Made by a program: the position numbers and the translations under genes. The notes under the pieces were generated by a model that made no database searches, was not told the DNA's origin, and saw only the letters and a list, made by a program, of their open reading frames with translations. Shown here piece after piece: positions 8,904-17,064 of a stretch of 64,000 nucleotides of DNA (positions are counted from its first letter, which is position 1; every line of letters begins with the position of its first letter). Source of the stretch: Escherichia coli (lineage in GTDB: Bacteria; Pseudomonadota; Gammaproteobacteria; Enterobacterales; Enterobacteriaceae); assembly GCF_013315695.1 (NCBI RefSeq), contig NZ_CP054353.1; one strand, 5' to 3'.

Positions 8904-8938
8904 CGCCACCACCCCACACAGATGACGGGGTGGTGGCG
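8904..8938. terminator. 12-bp GC-rich stem-loop between the convergent tail and fibre gene sets
   Basis: CGCCACCACCCC-(11 nt)-GGGGTGGTGGCG lies between the gpU remnant (+) and orf98 (-). Only weak T tracts flank it. Confidence 0.5.
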
Positions 8939-8943
8939 TGATT

Positions 8944-9240
8944 TCACCAGTAACTAACCAGCAGCCAGAACAACAGGCATATTGCCACTGGTGCAGCAAA
9001 ATCCATCAGGCTTCCGGCATCCCACACGCGCGGATCAAAACCACCCCACCAGGGCATGTTAATTCGTTTCCCTTTCCCGAATTTTTCAATCCAGCGATAT
9101 TCTGCCTGGGTGTGTTCACGCGCAATGAAGAACGAGCAACCGGCTATCGCTCCGTAAACCCAGTTTCCCGTAAGAATGCCAGCCAGTACCTGCGCAGCCA
9201 CGGCACAAAGTGCATGAAGGACAGGCGTTATATCCATCAC
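8944..9240 (-). CDS. Small integral membrane protein, unknown function (three predicted TM segments)
   Basis: ORF track, 98 aa. Hydrophobic stretches at about aa 5-24, 26-40 and 78-97. Last gene of the fibre operon, at the position equivalent to P2 Z/fun. Confidence 0.6.
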   Translation of the reverse strand: MMDITPVLHALCAVAAQVLAGILTGNWVYGAIAGCSFFIAREHTQAEYRWIEKFGKGKRINMPWWGGFDPRVWDAGSLMDFAAPVAICLLFWLLVSYW

Positions 9241-9249
9241 TCCCTCCCT

Positions 9250-9528
9250 TCAGCTCCATTCCCGAAGCGGTGCTTCCAGCTCCACCACATAATCAGAGAA
9301 CACAGAAACATCAAACGTATCATCAAGAATACGAATGTTGACAAAATAACCGTCATTCCGGATACAGACAGGTTCTCCCTCTTCATTTTCCCCTGTTTCT
9401 GTATAGGTGAAACCAATTTCATCGACTAACAGTTTGTTCTGGAGGTCTTCATTTTCCTCCCAGCCAAGAGATGACAGGAGGGCTTTAAACTGCTGTTTGT
9501 CATGAAACTTCAAAGTCAAATCTTTCAT
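9250..9528 (-). CDS. Small acidic protein, unknown function (possible fibre chaperone or accessory)
   Basis: ORF track, 92 aa. Its start overlaps the tail fibre stop by 4 nt, implying translational coupling. Confidence 0.6.
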   Translation of the reverse strand: MKDLTLKFHDKQQFKALLSSLGWEENEDLQNKLLVDEIGFTYTETGENEEGEPVCIRNDGYFVNIRILDDTFDVSVFSDYVVELEAPLREWS

Positions 9529-11306
9529 ATTGCCTCTCTTAATTGCCTGTCATTTAATTCTTTATGCCATATGCGGAAATTACGAATGTGACCAAACAGA
9601 TGTCGTTCTCCAGTACTCGTTCGCCCTCCAATACGGATAATTGCGGAGTTCTGAATATATGACCATGTGGTTTTTGTTTCGCCGGATAACCGTCCGTTAC
9701 TGACTGAGCATGTAGACTGATCTGACTTTACTCGCATCCCTATAACCATTTTTTCAAGTGATGCGTTTTCGTTTACCCGCATGTTAGCCCCGCCTATATC
9801 GCAATAAGGAAATCCGTCGTAATCCGTCGAACGACCGAATCCAAGAATAATTTCCTCTCCAGTTTGATGACCACTGGTATTAAGAACACGCGGTGCTGCA
9901 TTTGGCGTTTTATACCAGTTCTTATGTACCTCACAAAGAACAGTAAAAGGAGGATTATAAAGATTATTCTTAACCGGAACTGTCACAATATCACTTGCAC
10001 GTGTTGCTGGTGTTGCACCCGATATAATAAATGATGATGCGCAGGGGCCATTTTCAACCTGAGGGGTGGACAGGAAAACATAATCTCCTGATTCAACGAC
10101 ACCACCTTCTTTCGGAGTGTATTGTATTGCCGATGTTATGTAGGACTCATCAATTGCCTGAATCGTTGCCTCTGCAAAAATCCAGCCGGTAACCTCATCT
10201 TTGTTAACTCGGGCAGTGATCCTGTCGGCAGCTCCTCCTGTGATTTTAACTGATAAAGATCGCGTATTAACAATGGCATATCCAAGGTTAGATGATGTGT
10301 TGCCATCGTAAGATTCAAACCTGATCCTTAACATGAGTTCCAGATCAGTTTTAAATCTGCACGATGTCGTCACGCACTTATTATCGCCTGAAACATCGAC
10401 GGCTCCGGTTACTGCAACTGATGCCATGTTAACAGGCAGGGACTGCCCAATCAGAGAATCGTTACAGACGAACTTTCCATAGGTAAAACCAGAACTGTCC
10501 GTCCCGGTTTCGGGAACATCCATATTTACCGACTTGCCCCAGTTGACCGGGGTTTCCGAATTGAGCATGTAGTTTGTTCTTTGCCCTTCAATAAGCAGTC
10601 CATCGCGTTCAAATCGCGGCTCATTAATTTCAGCTATTTTCAGTTCACCGGATTTATTGATATAGGTTGCCGTTGATGCGCGACTGAAACTAACCTGTTT
10701 ATCACTGGCAACCTGAACCACATCGTCACCAATGGTGATTTTTTTATAGCCCGGTGCGAACCCCGTAAGCATATCCAGTGAATCGTTAAACGGTATCCAC
10801 ACATCAGGCAGCGGCGGTACAGACTCCTTTTCCTGCGCAACATATTCTTCAACATAGGCGCGGGTGGCGAGCACGACAGAGGGATCAACTTTCAGTTCGA
10901 CAGACGAAGCACTGGAAACCACAACAATCATGCGAATCGTCTGCGTGCGCCCGCTTCCCTCGGTGAGTACAGGCTTGTAGGTTTCGGGGCAGTTCGCCAC
11001 GGCAATCATCACGCCGTCGCTGTCAAAAAGCCCAATCTCGCGGATCCAGAACCCCCCTTTATCTTCCGGGATAATCATCTCGGCGATAAGCTGGCTGGCA
11101 TCAGACGCGCTGATGCTCAGTTGATTCAATGGGGCGCTGTATACCGTGTTCACCAGATTTTCCATGGAAGCCTCCGGTTCCGGCAGGCTGCCGCCGCCAT
11201 CCCCCAGTTTCATGGTGGTGATGGATATTTTCGAGCCGCTGGCCACCGCCTTTGCCAGACGGGCGGCACCCTTGTCAGTCAGAACAGAAAAATATTTTAC
11301 AGTCAT
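9525..11306 (-). CDS. gpH: Tail fibre protein (P2 gpH-like N-terminus, unrelated AT-rich C-terminal receptor-binding part)
   Basis: ORF track. N-terminal ~150 aa collinear with P2 H (ITTMKLGDGGG, GFWIREIGLFD, IAVANCPETYKP, EGSGRTQTIRM). The C-terminal end (...GERHLFGHIRNFRIWHKELNDRQL) looks like a LamG/concanavalin-type fold motif; that is inference. Confidence 0.85.
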   Translation of the reverse strand: MTVKYFSVLTDKGAARLAKAVASGSKISITTMKLGDGGGSLPEPEASMENLVNTVYSAPLNQLSISASDASQLIAEMIIPEDKGGFWIREIGLFDSDGVMIAVANCPETYKPVLTEGSGRTQTIRMIVVVSSASSVELKVDPSVVLATRAYVEEYVAQEKESVPPLPDVWIPFNDSLDMLTGFAPGYKKITIGDDVVQVASDKQVSFSRASTATYINKSGELKIAEINEPRFERDGLLIEGQRTNYMLNSETPVNWGKSVNMDVPETGTDSSGFTYGKFVCNDSLIGQSLPVNMASVAVTGAVDVSGDNKCVTTSCRFKTDLELMLRIRFESYDGNTSSNLGYAIVNTRSLSVKITGGAADRITARVNKDEVTGWIFAEATIQAIDESYITSAIQYTPKEGGVVESGDYVFLSTPQVENGPCASSFIISGATPATRASDIVTVPVKNNLYNPPFTVLCEVHKNWYKTPNAAPRVLNTSGHQTGEEIILGFGRSTDYDGFPYCDIGGANMRVNENASLEKMVIGMRVKSDQSTCSVSNGRLSGETKTTWSYIQNSAIIRIGGRTSTGERHLFGHIRNFRIWHKELNDRQLREAI

Positions 11307-12079
11307 GAAAAAATCCTCAAAGAATCCTCCAGAAATACCACTGATGCTGTCAGGGTTCCGGTTGTGGCGGTCAGTTGCATCACCGCCTGTGGCTCCACGG
11401 TCACCGCATCATCGCCCGTAACCTGTAATCCCATGACAATCCCCGCATCGACAGATACCGACGGTGTCGGCGGGTAAATGGTGAGCATGTCGCCGTCAAA
11501 GAAAGCCGGAGATGCCCGGAACACCGAAACAGTCTCAACACCGGCAGAAGCGGCTGGCCAGATTGTTGTTTCACTGCCGTCGTGCATGCCGGAAAACACA
11601 CGTGCGACTCCCTGCGTATCCAGCATAATGTTCAGCGAGGCAAGGTGGCGGCTGACCGGACGGGCATCGTCGATCAGTCGTGTCAGCTCGGAGTACGTTT
11701 CCTCTGTGATACCCGCGTCCTGCACGCCAATATCAATGCGGAACGTGCCGCGCGGGTCGCCGTTCTGCCACCACTCCGTCACGTTAATGACATAGCCAAA
11801 GGGTTCAACCACACGCCTGATGGCGCTGATGGTTCCCTTATGGCGGTGGATTGCCCAGGCATCACGGATCACCTGGCGCTTTGTTTCTTCCGTCCAGTCA
11901 CGATCCCACCTGTCCACGGACAGCGCCCACGCCAGATAAGGCAGCAGGGCTGCCGGGCAGGTGTCAGGATCCCAGAGCTGGTTAAGGCTGACAGGTAATG
12001 CTGACAACCGGGCGGTTCCCCGCTCCACGCAGCGCATGAAATCGCTGGCTGAAGGGGGGAGAAGTGACGGTTCACTCAT
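11303..12079 (-). CDS. gpI: Baseplate/tail protein (P2 gpI-like, with C-terminal extension)
   Basis: ORF track 11303..12142. Start set to ATG 12079 (MSEPSLLPPSASDF), overlapping the gpJ stop. The motif LLPYLAWALSVD is typical of gpI. Confidence 0.8.
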   Translation of the reverse strand: MSEPSLLPPSASDFMRCVERGTARLSALPVSLNQLWDPDTCPAALLPYLAWALSVDRWDRDWTEETKRQVIRDAWAIHRHKGTISAIRRVVEPFGYVINVTEWWQNGDPRGTFRIDIGVQDAGITEETYSELTRLIDDARPVSRHLASLNIMLDTQGVARVFSGMHDGSETTIWPAASAGVETVSVFRASPAFFDGDMLTIYPPTPSVSVDAGIVMGLQVTGDDAVTVEPQAVMQLTATTGTLTASVVFLEDSLRIFS

Positions 12080-12968
12080 TGGTTCCCCCTGTGCTGACCG
12101 TGAACGATGTGCAGTACGCTGACTGCACATCACTGATAACAATATTCTGTGCGGGGCTGGTCAGTTCCACGCGCTGAACGCCCTGAACATGCAGTGCGGC
12201 CATGATGGCGGAGAGCGCGACATCGCGACCGATTTTGCCCTGTTCGGCAAGCCAGGTTTCCAGATTGTTTCTGGCGGCATTCAGGATGGGTTCCGACTCC
12301 GGCCCCGGATAAAAGTAAAGCCGGGCATCAATCTGATACCGTATGATTTCTGCGCTCTGCACCGTCAGACGGTCACCGACCGGGCGAACGTCTTCGGCAT
12401 TCAGCGCATTTCTGACCGTTGTCAGGAGTTCTTCGGTCGCCGTGCCGTCGCCTTCTGTGGACAACACTGTCACCACCACTTCCGCCGGTGCGGGGCTGGT
12501 TGCGCGCGCGTCCGCCACCTGACCGCTGGCACTGCGGGCAAAATATTCATACGCCCCGGTGGGACCGGCCACGCTGAGGCCATCAAATGCAGACTGCGCA
12601 CGCAGCCGCAGGGCGGAGTCGCTTTCCATGACGGCCTCCGTGGTGTCCATGGCCGGTGTGATGACCAGCCGCGCGGTGTTCATGTTGGCAGCGAGGTTGT
12701 CCAGGTCATCACCTGTGGAATGGCTCAGCATACAGGCCGCTGCGCCCTCATTAATGCGCTGGCGAAGCAGCAGTTCACGCAGCGCGAAAGCCTGGGCAAT
12801 GACCGTGAGCGGTTCGGACTCCAACGCCATGGCTGACCGGATGGCAGCCTGCTGTGTCTGTGGAAATGACGTAATGATGTCTTCTTTCACTTCCGCTAGG
12901 ATGACTTCAAAATCCGGCGTTTCAATAATCTGTGGTGTCGGCAGTTCCGACAGGTCAACGGCTGGCAT
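12072..12968 (-). CDS. gpJ: Baseplate wedge protein (P2 gpJ-like)
   Basis: ORF track, 298 aa, placed between gpW and gpI. Confidence 0.85.
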   Translation of the reverse strand: MPAVDLSELPTPQIIETPDFEVILAEVKEDIITSFPQTQQAAIRSAMALESEPLTVIAQAFALRELLLRQRINEGAAACMLSHSTGDDLDNLAANMNTARLVITPAMDTTEAVMESDSALRLRAQSAFDGLSVAGPTGAYEYFARSASGQVADARATSPAPAEVVVTVLSTEGDGTATEELLTTVRNALNAEDVRPVGDRLTVQSAEIIRYQIDARLYFYPGPESEPILNAARNNLETWLAEQGKIGRDVALSAIMAALHVQGVQRVELTSPAQNIVISDVQSAYCTSFTVSTGGTNE

Positions 12969-13320
12969 TGTCGCTCCTGAGTGTCAGTGTGTTCTGTACG
13001 GTTTCCAGGCTTTCTGTCAGTGTGCCGGTGAGGGTGATAACGGCTTTTCCGCCCGCCTCCCACTGAATGTCAACGGCATTCAGGGCGATGCGTGGCTCCC
13101 ACTGTGTCAGGGCAATCACCACGGCGCTCATGCACTGAAGGCGCGTGGTGGCATTCATCGGTGCATCCAGCAAATCCGGCAGCAGGCTGCCGTATTCCCG
13201 GCGCATCACCCGGCTGGCGAGCGGTGTTAACAGAATATCCCTCACGCTGTTCCACAGATGGTCCGTGTCGCTGAGCGTGCCGGTGGCCTCGGGGTTCATC
13301 CCCAGAAAACGGGCACTCAC
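12955..13320 (-). CDS. gpW: Baseplate protein (P2 gpW / T4 gp25-like)
   Basis: ORF track, 121 aa. Its start overlaps the gpV stop by 4 nt. Confidence 0.85.
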   Translation of the reverse strand: MSARFLGMNPEATGTLSDTDHLWNSVRDILLTPLASRVMRREYGSLLPDLLDAPMNATTRLQCMSAVVIALTQWEPRIALNAVDIQWEAGGKAVITLTGTLTESLETVQNTLTLRSDNASR

Positions 13321-13898
13321 TGCGGGCCTCCTGTGCTGTCACCGCCGCTCTTCACGCCACTGTGTTTGTGCGTGTGCAGCGTCACACCGTTTGAGGTGAA
13401 ATCACCGCCGCTGTGCGAGATACTGCCACTCATGGTTCCGCCTTCTGTCACCTCAATCGTTGTCGTCTTCAGATGGTTTGTGCAGGTGACGGTGGGGGTA
13501 TCCAGCGTCACGCCTGTTCCGGCCTGAATGGTGGCAGTTTTGATTCCGCTGGCGCTCAGTGCGCCAGCGTCCGCATCGTAGCGGAACACCGCGCCGTCAG
13601 GCGCTGTAACCACGATTTCCGTCAGGCTGCTGCCGGGCGCCGGATGTTCGCTGCTCCAGAGACTGCCGATGACGGACGCGGTCGCGGGGTCGCCACCGAT
13701 GCAGGCAATCATGACCTGTTCGCCCACGGCAGGCGGCAGCCAGACGCTGAACGCGCCCGCGCGTGGTGTGTTCCAGCGCAGCCAGTCGGTTTCCAGCTCT
13801 CCGCTGCGCACGCGAACGCGCCACGTTGTTTCGTCCACGGCAAAAATCACGCCCGTGCGGATGATATTTGCAAGCAGTCGCATGATTTCCGCTGTCAT
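13317..13898 (-). CDS. gpV: Baseplate assembly/spike protein (P2 gpV-like)
   Basis: ORF track, 193 aa; N-terminus MTAEIMRLLANIIRTGVI... Confidence 0.85.
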   Translation of the reverse strand: MTAEIMRLLANIIRTGVIFAVDETTWRVRVRSGELETDWLRWNTPRAGAFSVWLPPAVGEQVMIACIGGDPATASVIGSLWSSEHPAPGSSLTEIVVTAPDGAVFRYDADAGALSASGIKTATIQAGTGVTLDTPTVTCTNHLKTTTIEVTEGGTMSGSISHSGGDFTSNGVTLHTHKHSGVKSGGDSTGGPQ

Positions 13899-14533
13899 CG
13901 TGCTGCACTCCCCAGGGAACGGATAATCGCGTCACGCATCCGGCGTTCGTCGGCTGCGGTCACACCCAGCAGTTCACGCACCGGGTAGGTGGTCATCACG
14001 CCCGGTGTCACCTCGTCGCGTAACCCCGCCTGATGCACGCGGGCAATCCGCGCAGCCAGGCCATCAAAGCCCACCACAGCGCCTTCCGCATCTGAGCGCA
14101 TTTTTAACCAGCGATATGTGCGAAGACGCGCGAACATCGGCGTGCTTTTCTTGCTGGTCTGGCGGGCAGACATGGACGATACAGCGAGGTATCGTTCAAT
14201 ATCATCGCGGTAAAACGTCCTCAGTGCGCCGCCACGGTCAGGGTCGCGCCCGATGATGGCGCGGCCTTTCCGGTAACGTTTGTGCCCCCACTGGCGCAGC
14301 GTGCGGACCTCGCCGTTCCAGACAAACTTCACCTCCCGGCGGGTGTGCATTACCTGCTGTTTTCGCGCCGGATACGGCGAACCGTCTGCGTTCTTCTGCG
14401 TACGGATACGCGCCTGCTGGCTCTGGCGCAGCGCCTGCCCGACAGCCCTCGCCGTGCGTGCACGTCCGGCGGTGGAAAGTCCGTTCAGGATGTCGCGGAA
14501 AACCGCGTCCGGGTCATGCGTCGTCGTGTTCAT
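13895..14533 (-). CDS. gpS: Tail completion / virion morphogenesis protein (P2 gpS-like, longer than P2 S)
   Basis: ORF track, 212 aa, placed between gpR and gpV. Confidence 0.7.
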   Translation of the reverse strand: MNTTTHDPDAVFRDILNGLSTAGRARTARAVGQALRQSQQARIRTQKNADGSPYPARKQQVMHTRREVKFVWNGEVRTLRQWGHKRYRKGRAIIGRDPDRGGALRTFYRDDIERYLAVSSMSARQTSKKSTPMFARLRTYRWLKMRSDAEGAVVGFDGLAARIARVHQAGLRDEVTPGVMTTYPVRELLGVTAADERRMRDAIIRSLGSAAR

Positions 14534-14996
14534 CCGTCAAATCCTTAAAGGTCACATCCTCAACAATCAGCTCTCCCCAGGCTCCTGTCAGTGCGGCAGG
14601 CGGGCGGGGTTCCGGCAGGTGCACCGGATACAGTTCCCCCTGTTCATTGCGACAGACTTTCACGCGCTCGCGCACGGGAATTTCCAGTAACAGGTCGGTG
14701 CTGTCGTCGTCATTGACGGCAACGGAAAACTTAACGTCCTTGTTTTTCTCCGGGTTGAGCAGCAAATCCGGCTGGTTGTGCATGAGCCAGACAATCAGCG
14801 GCAGCATCAGCTCGTCGATGTGTCCCGGAAAATCCATGACGAAGGCCACGAGCGTGTAACGGTAGACAAACGTCGGGGTTTCACCCGTGGTCTCAATACT
14901 TCCGCTTTCTGCAAACACGGTGAGTTTTTCCGGATTCGCGCGACACCACCGGGATGAGGCGGTGAGGGCTTCGCGCAGACGGTTCATTTTCAGCAT
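14514..14996 (-). CDS. gpR: Tail completion protein (P2 gpR-like)
   Basis: ORF track, 160 aa. N-terminus MLKMNRLREALTASSRWCRANPEKL parallels P2 R. Confidence 0.8.
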   Translation of the reverse strand: MLKMNRLREALTASSRWCRANPEKLTVFAESGSIETTGETPTFVYRYTLVAFVMDFPGHIDELMLPLIVWLMHNQPDLLLNPEKNKDVKFSVAVNDDDSTDLLLEIPVRERVKVCRNEQGELYPVHLPEPRPPAALTGAWGELIVEDVTFKDLTDEHDDA

Positions 14997-15005
14997 GACT
15001 TCTCC

Positions 15006-15299
15006 TTACGGTCGCATCCGGCGTTGTTGTTCGGTTGCTTTAATGGCTGCCTTGTCAGCGTTGCAGCTCTCCAGTGCGTCCAGCAGCCGGTCACTCCAGA
15101 CGGCCAGTCCGCCCCACGTCAGCGGACGGGGCAGGGACGGCACCGGCGTTGGCTGTGTCAGACTTTCCGGCAGCGGTGCGTGCTGCGTCTGAGTGACCAC
15201 GACGGGGCGCGGCGCGCTGTTGCAGGCGGTCAGCAACAGCGGCAGGCACAGCAGCAGCCGCGCACGGATTTTCCCGGAGTGTGTTGCGTATCTCTTCAC
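15006..15299 (-). CDS. Outer-membrane spanin lipoprotein (Rz1/LysC-like), overlapping the i-spanin gene
   Basis: Frame of ORF 15006..15452. Start proposed at GTG 15299. Lipobox LLLTAC in VKRYATHSGKIRARLLLCLPLLLTACNS. It starts inside and ends beyond the i-spanin, as in P2 lysB/lysC. Confidence 0.6.
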   Translation of the reverse strand: MKRYATHSGKIRARLLLCLPLLLTACNSAPRPVVVTQTQHAPLPESLTQPTPVPSLPRPLTWGGLAVWSDRLLDALESCNADKAAIKATEQQRRMRP

Positions 15300-15537
15300 G
15301 GCGTTTTTCTCCCTCCTGATTCCGGTGCTGCTCTGCGGCGCGGACCTGCGCCAGCAGGTCGCTGATGCCCCGGAGTTCCGCATGAAGTGCATCCACGGCG
15401 GCATTTGTTCCCGCCAGCGCCTGTTCGTGATATTCCCGGCGCGCCCGTTCATGCCCTGCCTGCCAGGCCAGACGCAGTGACACCAGATACAGCGCCCCCG
15501 AAAACAGGGCGACGACGGCGGCGGTGGTCAGCCTCAT
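15091..15537 (-). CDS. Inner-membrane spanin (Rz/LysB-like)
   Basis: ORF track 15091..15564. Start set to ATG 15537 (MRLTTAAVVALFSGALYLV), overlapping the endolysin stop (ATGA). N-terminal TM followed by a helical region. Confidence 0.65.
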   Translation of the reverse strand: MRLTTAAVVALFSGALYLVSLRLAWQAGHERARREYHEQALAGTNAAVDALHAELRGISDLLAQVRAAEQHRNQEGEKRREEIRNTLRENPCAAAAVPAAVADRLQQRAAPRRGHSDAARTAAGKSDTANAGAVPAPSADVGRTGRLE

Positions 15538-16076
15538 TTCTGTTTCTCCACATCCCGCAGACACCAGGCGCGAAAATCGCTGCGGCGGTTAACCAGTCCC
15601 TGACTGCGCTTCCCGCCTGCATTCACAAAATCAGTGAGGCGGGCACACATCCGCGCCCAGTTATGCGCCTGTGCCTGTTTCCAGATGGTGGTGCGCTGGC
15701 GCTTACCGTTGCGGTCCCTGAACCACATCAGACCGGAGCACCCCAGATTGAAGGCTGCATCCGTCATCGCCTCGAAGGCCGACTGCGGCATGGCTGCCCC
15801 CTGAAAATTCTGGTTAATACAGCTCTCCGCCCGCTGCATGTCATTCACCCAGCGACGGGCCACCTCCTGCTCGCTGTACAGGTGTTTCTGTACGTTCCCC
15901 GTGGAGCCGCAGCCCACGGTGGCAACACCCGCGATGTCCGTGTAGGGTGTGGCGCGGCAGTCTTCCCACGTGGCAATTTTTATCTGTGCCTCCTGTGAGG
16001 TGCGCAGTGCTTCAGGAGCCAGCGAGACACCCAGCGCCACAATCACGGCGGCGGCATATCGCTTAATGTTTTTCAT
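15534..16076 (-). CDS. Endolysin, lysozyme family (GH24-like) with N-terminal signal-anchor-like segment
   Basis: ORF track 15534..16160. Start set to ATG 16076 (MKNIKRYAAAVIVALGVSLAP). E-x8-C/D-x5-T-type motif WEDCRATPYTDIAGVATVGCG. Confidence 0.8.
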   Translation of the reverse strand: MKNIKRYAAAVIVALGVSLAPEALRTSQEAQIKIATWEDCRATPYTDIAGVATVGCGSTGNVQKHLYSEQEVARRWVNDMQRAESCINQNFQGAAMPQSAFEAMTDAAFNLGCSGLMWFRDRNGKRQRTTIWKQAQAHNWARMCARLTDFVNAGGKRSQGLVNRRSDFRAWCLRDVEKQK

Positions 16077-16356
16077 CGTTATCCCGTTGCAGTGCGGCAA
16101 GCGCCCGTTGTTCACTTTCATGAAGCCCGCGCGTTCCGGCCTGTGCCAGAATCTGTGCAATCAGCGCATTGCGGCGGACCTGCGCACGCTCCATGCGGCG
16201 ACGGTGAAGCCAGCCCTGAAAGAGTGAAAGCGCACCCAGCAGCAGCCCGGCCAGCGCGATTTTTTCGCTGATGGTCATCGCGCCAATCGTGACCGCAGAG
16301 ACGGAGGCGGCGAAGGCGATGTGGTCGTAAATACTGCGAAAAAAACCTAATCCCAT
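16063..16356 (-). CDS. Holin (two TM segments, charged C-terminus)
   Basis: ORF track 16063..16506. Start set to ATG 16356 (MGLGFFRSIYDHIAF), placed between gpX and the endolysin. Confidence 0.6.
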   Translation of the reverse strand: MGLGFFRSIYDHIAFAASVSAVTIGAMTISEKIALAGLLLGALSLFQGWLHRRRMERAQVRRNALIAQILAQAGTRGLHESEQRALAALQRDNDEKH

Positions 16357-16553
16357 AACTGCACCGTCTCCCGTGTTTTTTTCTCTTCCTGCTCCGGTAA
16401 TTCCACTTCCTGTCCGGCCTCCAGAAAAATCTGTCCGCACAGCCCCGGATTGGCGGCCAGCACCTTTTCGGTCACGCCCTGCGTTGTGCCGTAGTGCCGG
16501 AAGCACAGCAGGTCAACGGTGTCGTCCTGTAATGCCTTCACCTTCATCAGCAC
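16347..16553 (-). CDS. gpX: Tail protein X (P2 gpX-like, LysM-type)
   Basis: ORF track, 68 aa. ...TVDLLCFRHYGTTQGVTEKVLAANPGL...VQLWD parallels P2 X. Confidence 0.85.
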   Translation of the reverse strand: MLMKVKALQDDTVDLLCFRHYGTTQGVTEKVLAANPGLCGQIFLEAGQEVELPEQEEKKTRETVQLWD

Positions 16554-17041
16554 AGCCTCGCAAAGATGCGCGGTGCGCCCTGAATATCGGCAATGGCCCA
16601 GCGCACGTCGCGCCAGAGGTCACCGGTCTGGGCTTCCAGTGCGTCCGCTTTCCGGTCGCCCTGTTCGGTGGTGTCCACATCGCGCACGCGCTCCAGTATC
16701 AGGGCGCGGGTGGCGGCATACACCGCAAGACGGAAGCGGTGCACGTTGACGCTTTCGCCGTTCACGCGGGAAGCCGGAACGTCCGCCAGCGTGCGGTATC
16801 CGTCATTCATCTGCTGCGTCTGCCAGTTGCGCAGCTCACCGGTGACGTGTGCCACGGCTTCGGTTGCCGCGTGCATCAGGCGCGACGTGGTGGTGCGACC
16901 GGGCAGGCGCACGGCAAGACGCAGCGCGCGCAGTTCTGTCTCCGGCCAGAAGTCGTCCGTGGTGATGCGTGCATCACCGTCGTCCGTGTCCGCGACATCC
17001 TCCGTCGCGGCAGTGATACCGGGTTTTGCAATCATGCTCAT
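16547..17041 (-). CDS. gpL: Head completion/stabilisation protein (P2 gpL-like)
   Basis: ORF track, 164 aa, placed between the small terminase and X. Confidence 0.8.
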   Translation of the reverse strand: MSMIAKPGITAATEDVADTDDGDARITTDDFWPETELRALRLAVRLPGRTTTSRLMHAATEAVAHVTGELRNWQTQQMNDGYRTLADVPASRVNGESVNVHRFRLAVYAATRALILERVRDVDTTEQGDRKADALEAQTGDLWRDVRWAIADIQGAPRIFARLC

Positions 17042-17064
17042 GACGAGCCTCCGTTAAAAAGTCA

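Noticed and set aside
8141-8938. Invertible G/C/P-type host-range segment
   Set aside because: A tfa remnant suggested it, but there is no invertase gene, no second fibre-tip/tfa pair in inverse orientation, and no convincing gix/cix-like crossover site.
8938-9429. 163-aa plus-strand ORF
   Set aside because: It is antisense to orf98 and orf92, which are translationally coupled to the fibre gene. It has no RBS and a His/Pro/Arg-rich artefactual composition.
13899-14000. Third copy of the late-promoter dyad upstream of gpV
   Set aside because: No sequence resembling TGTTGTCGGAGAAC...AGAACAGG, in either orientation, was seen there by eye. gpS and gpV overlap, so they are probably co-transcribed.
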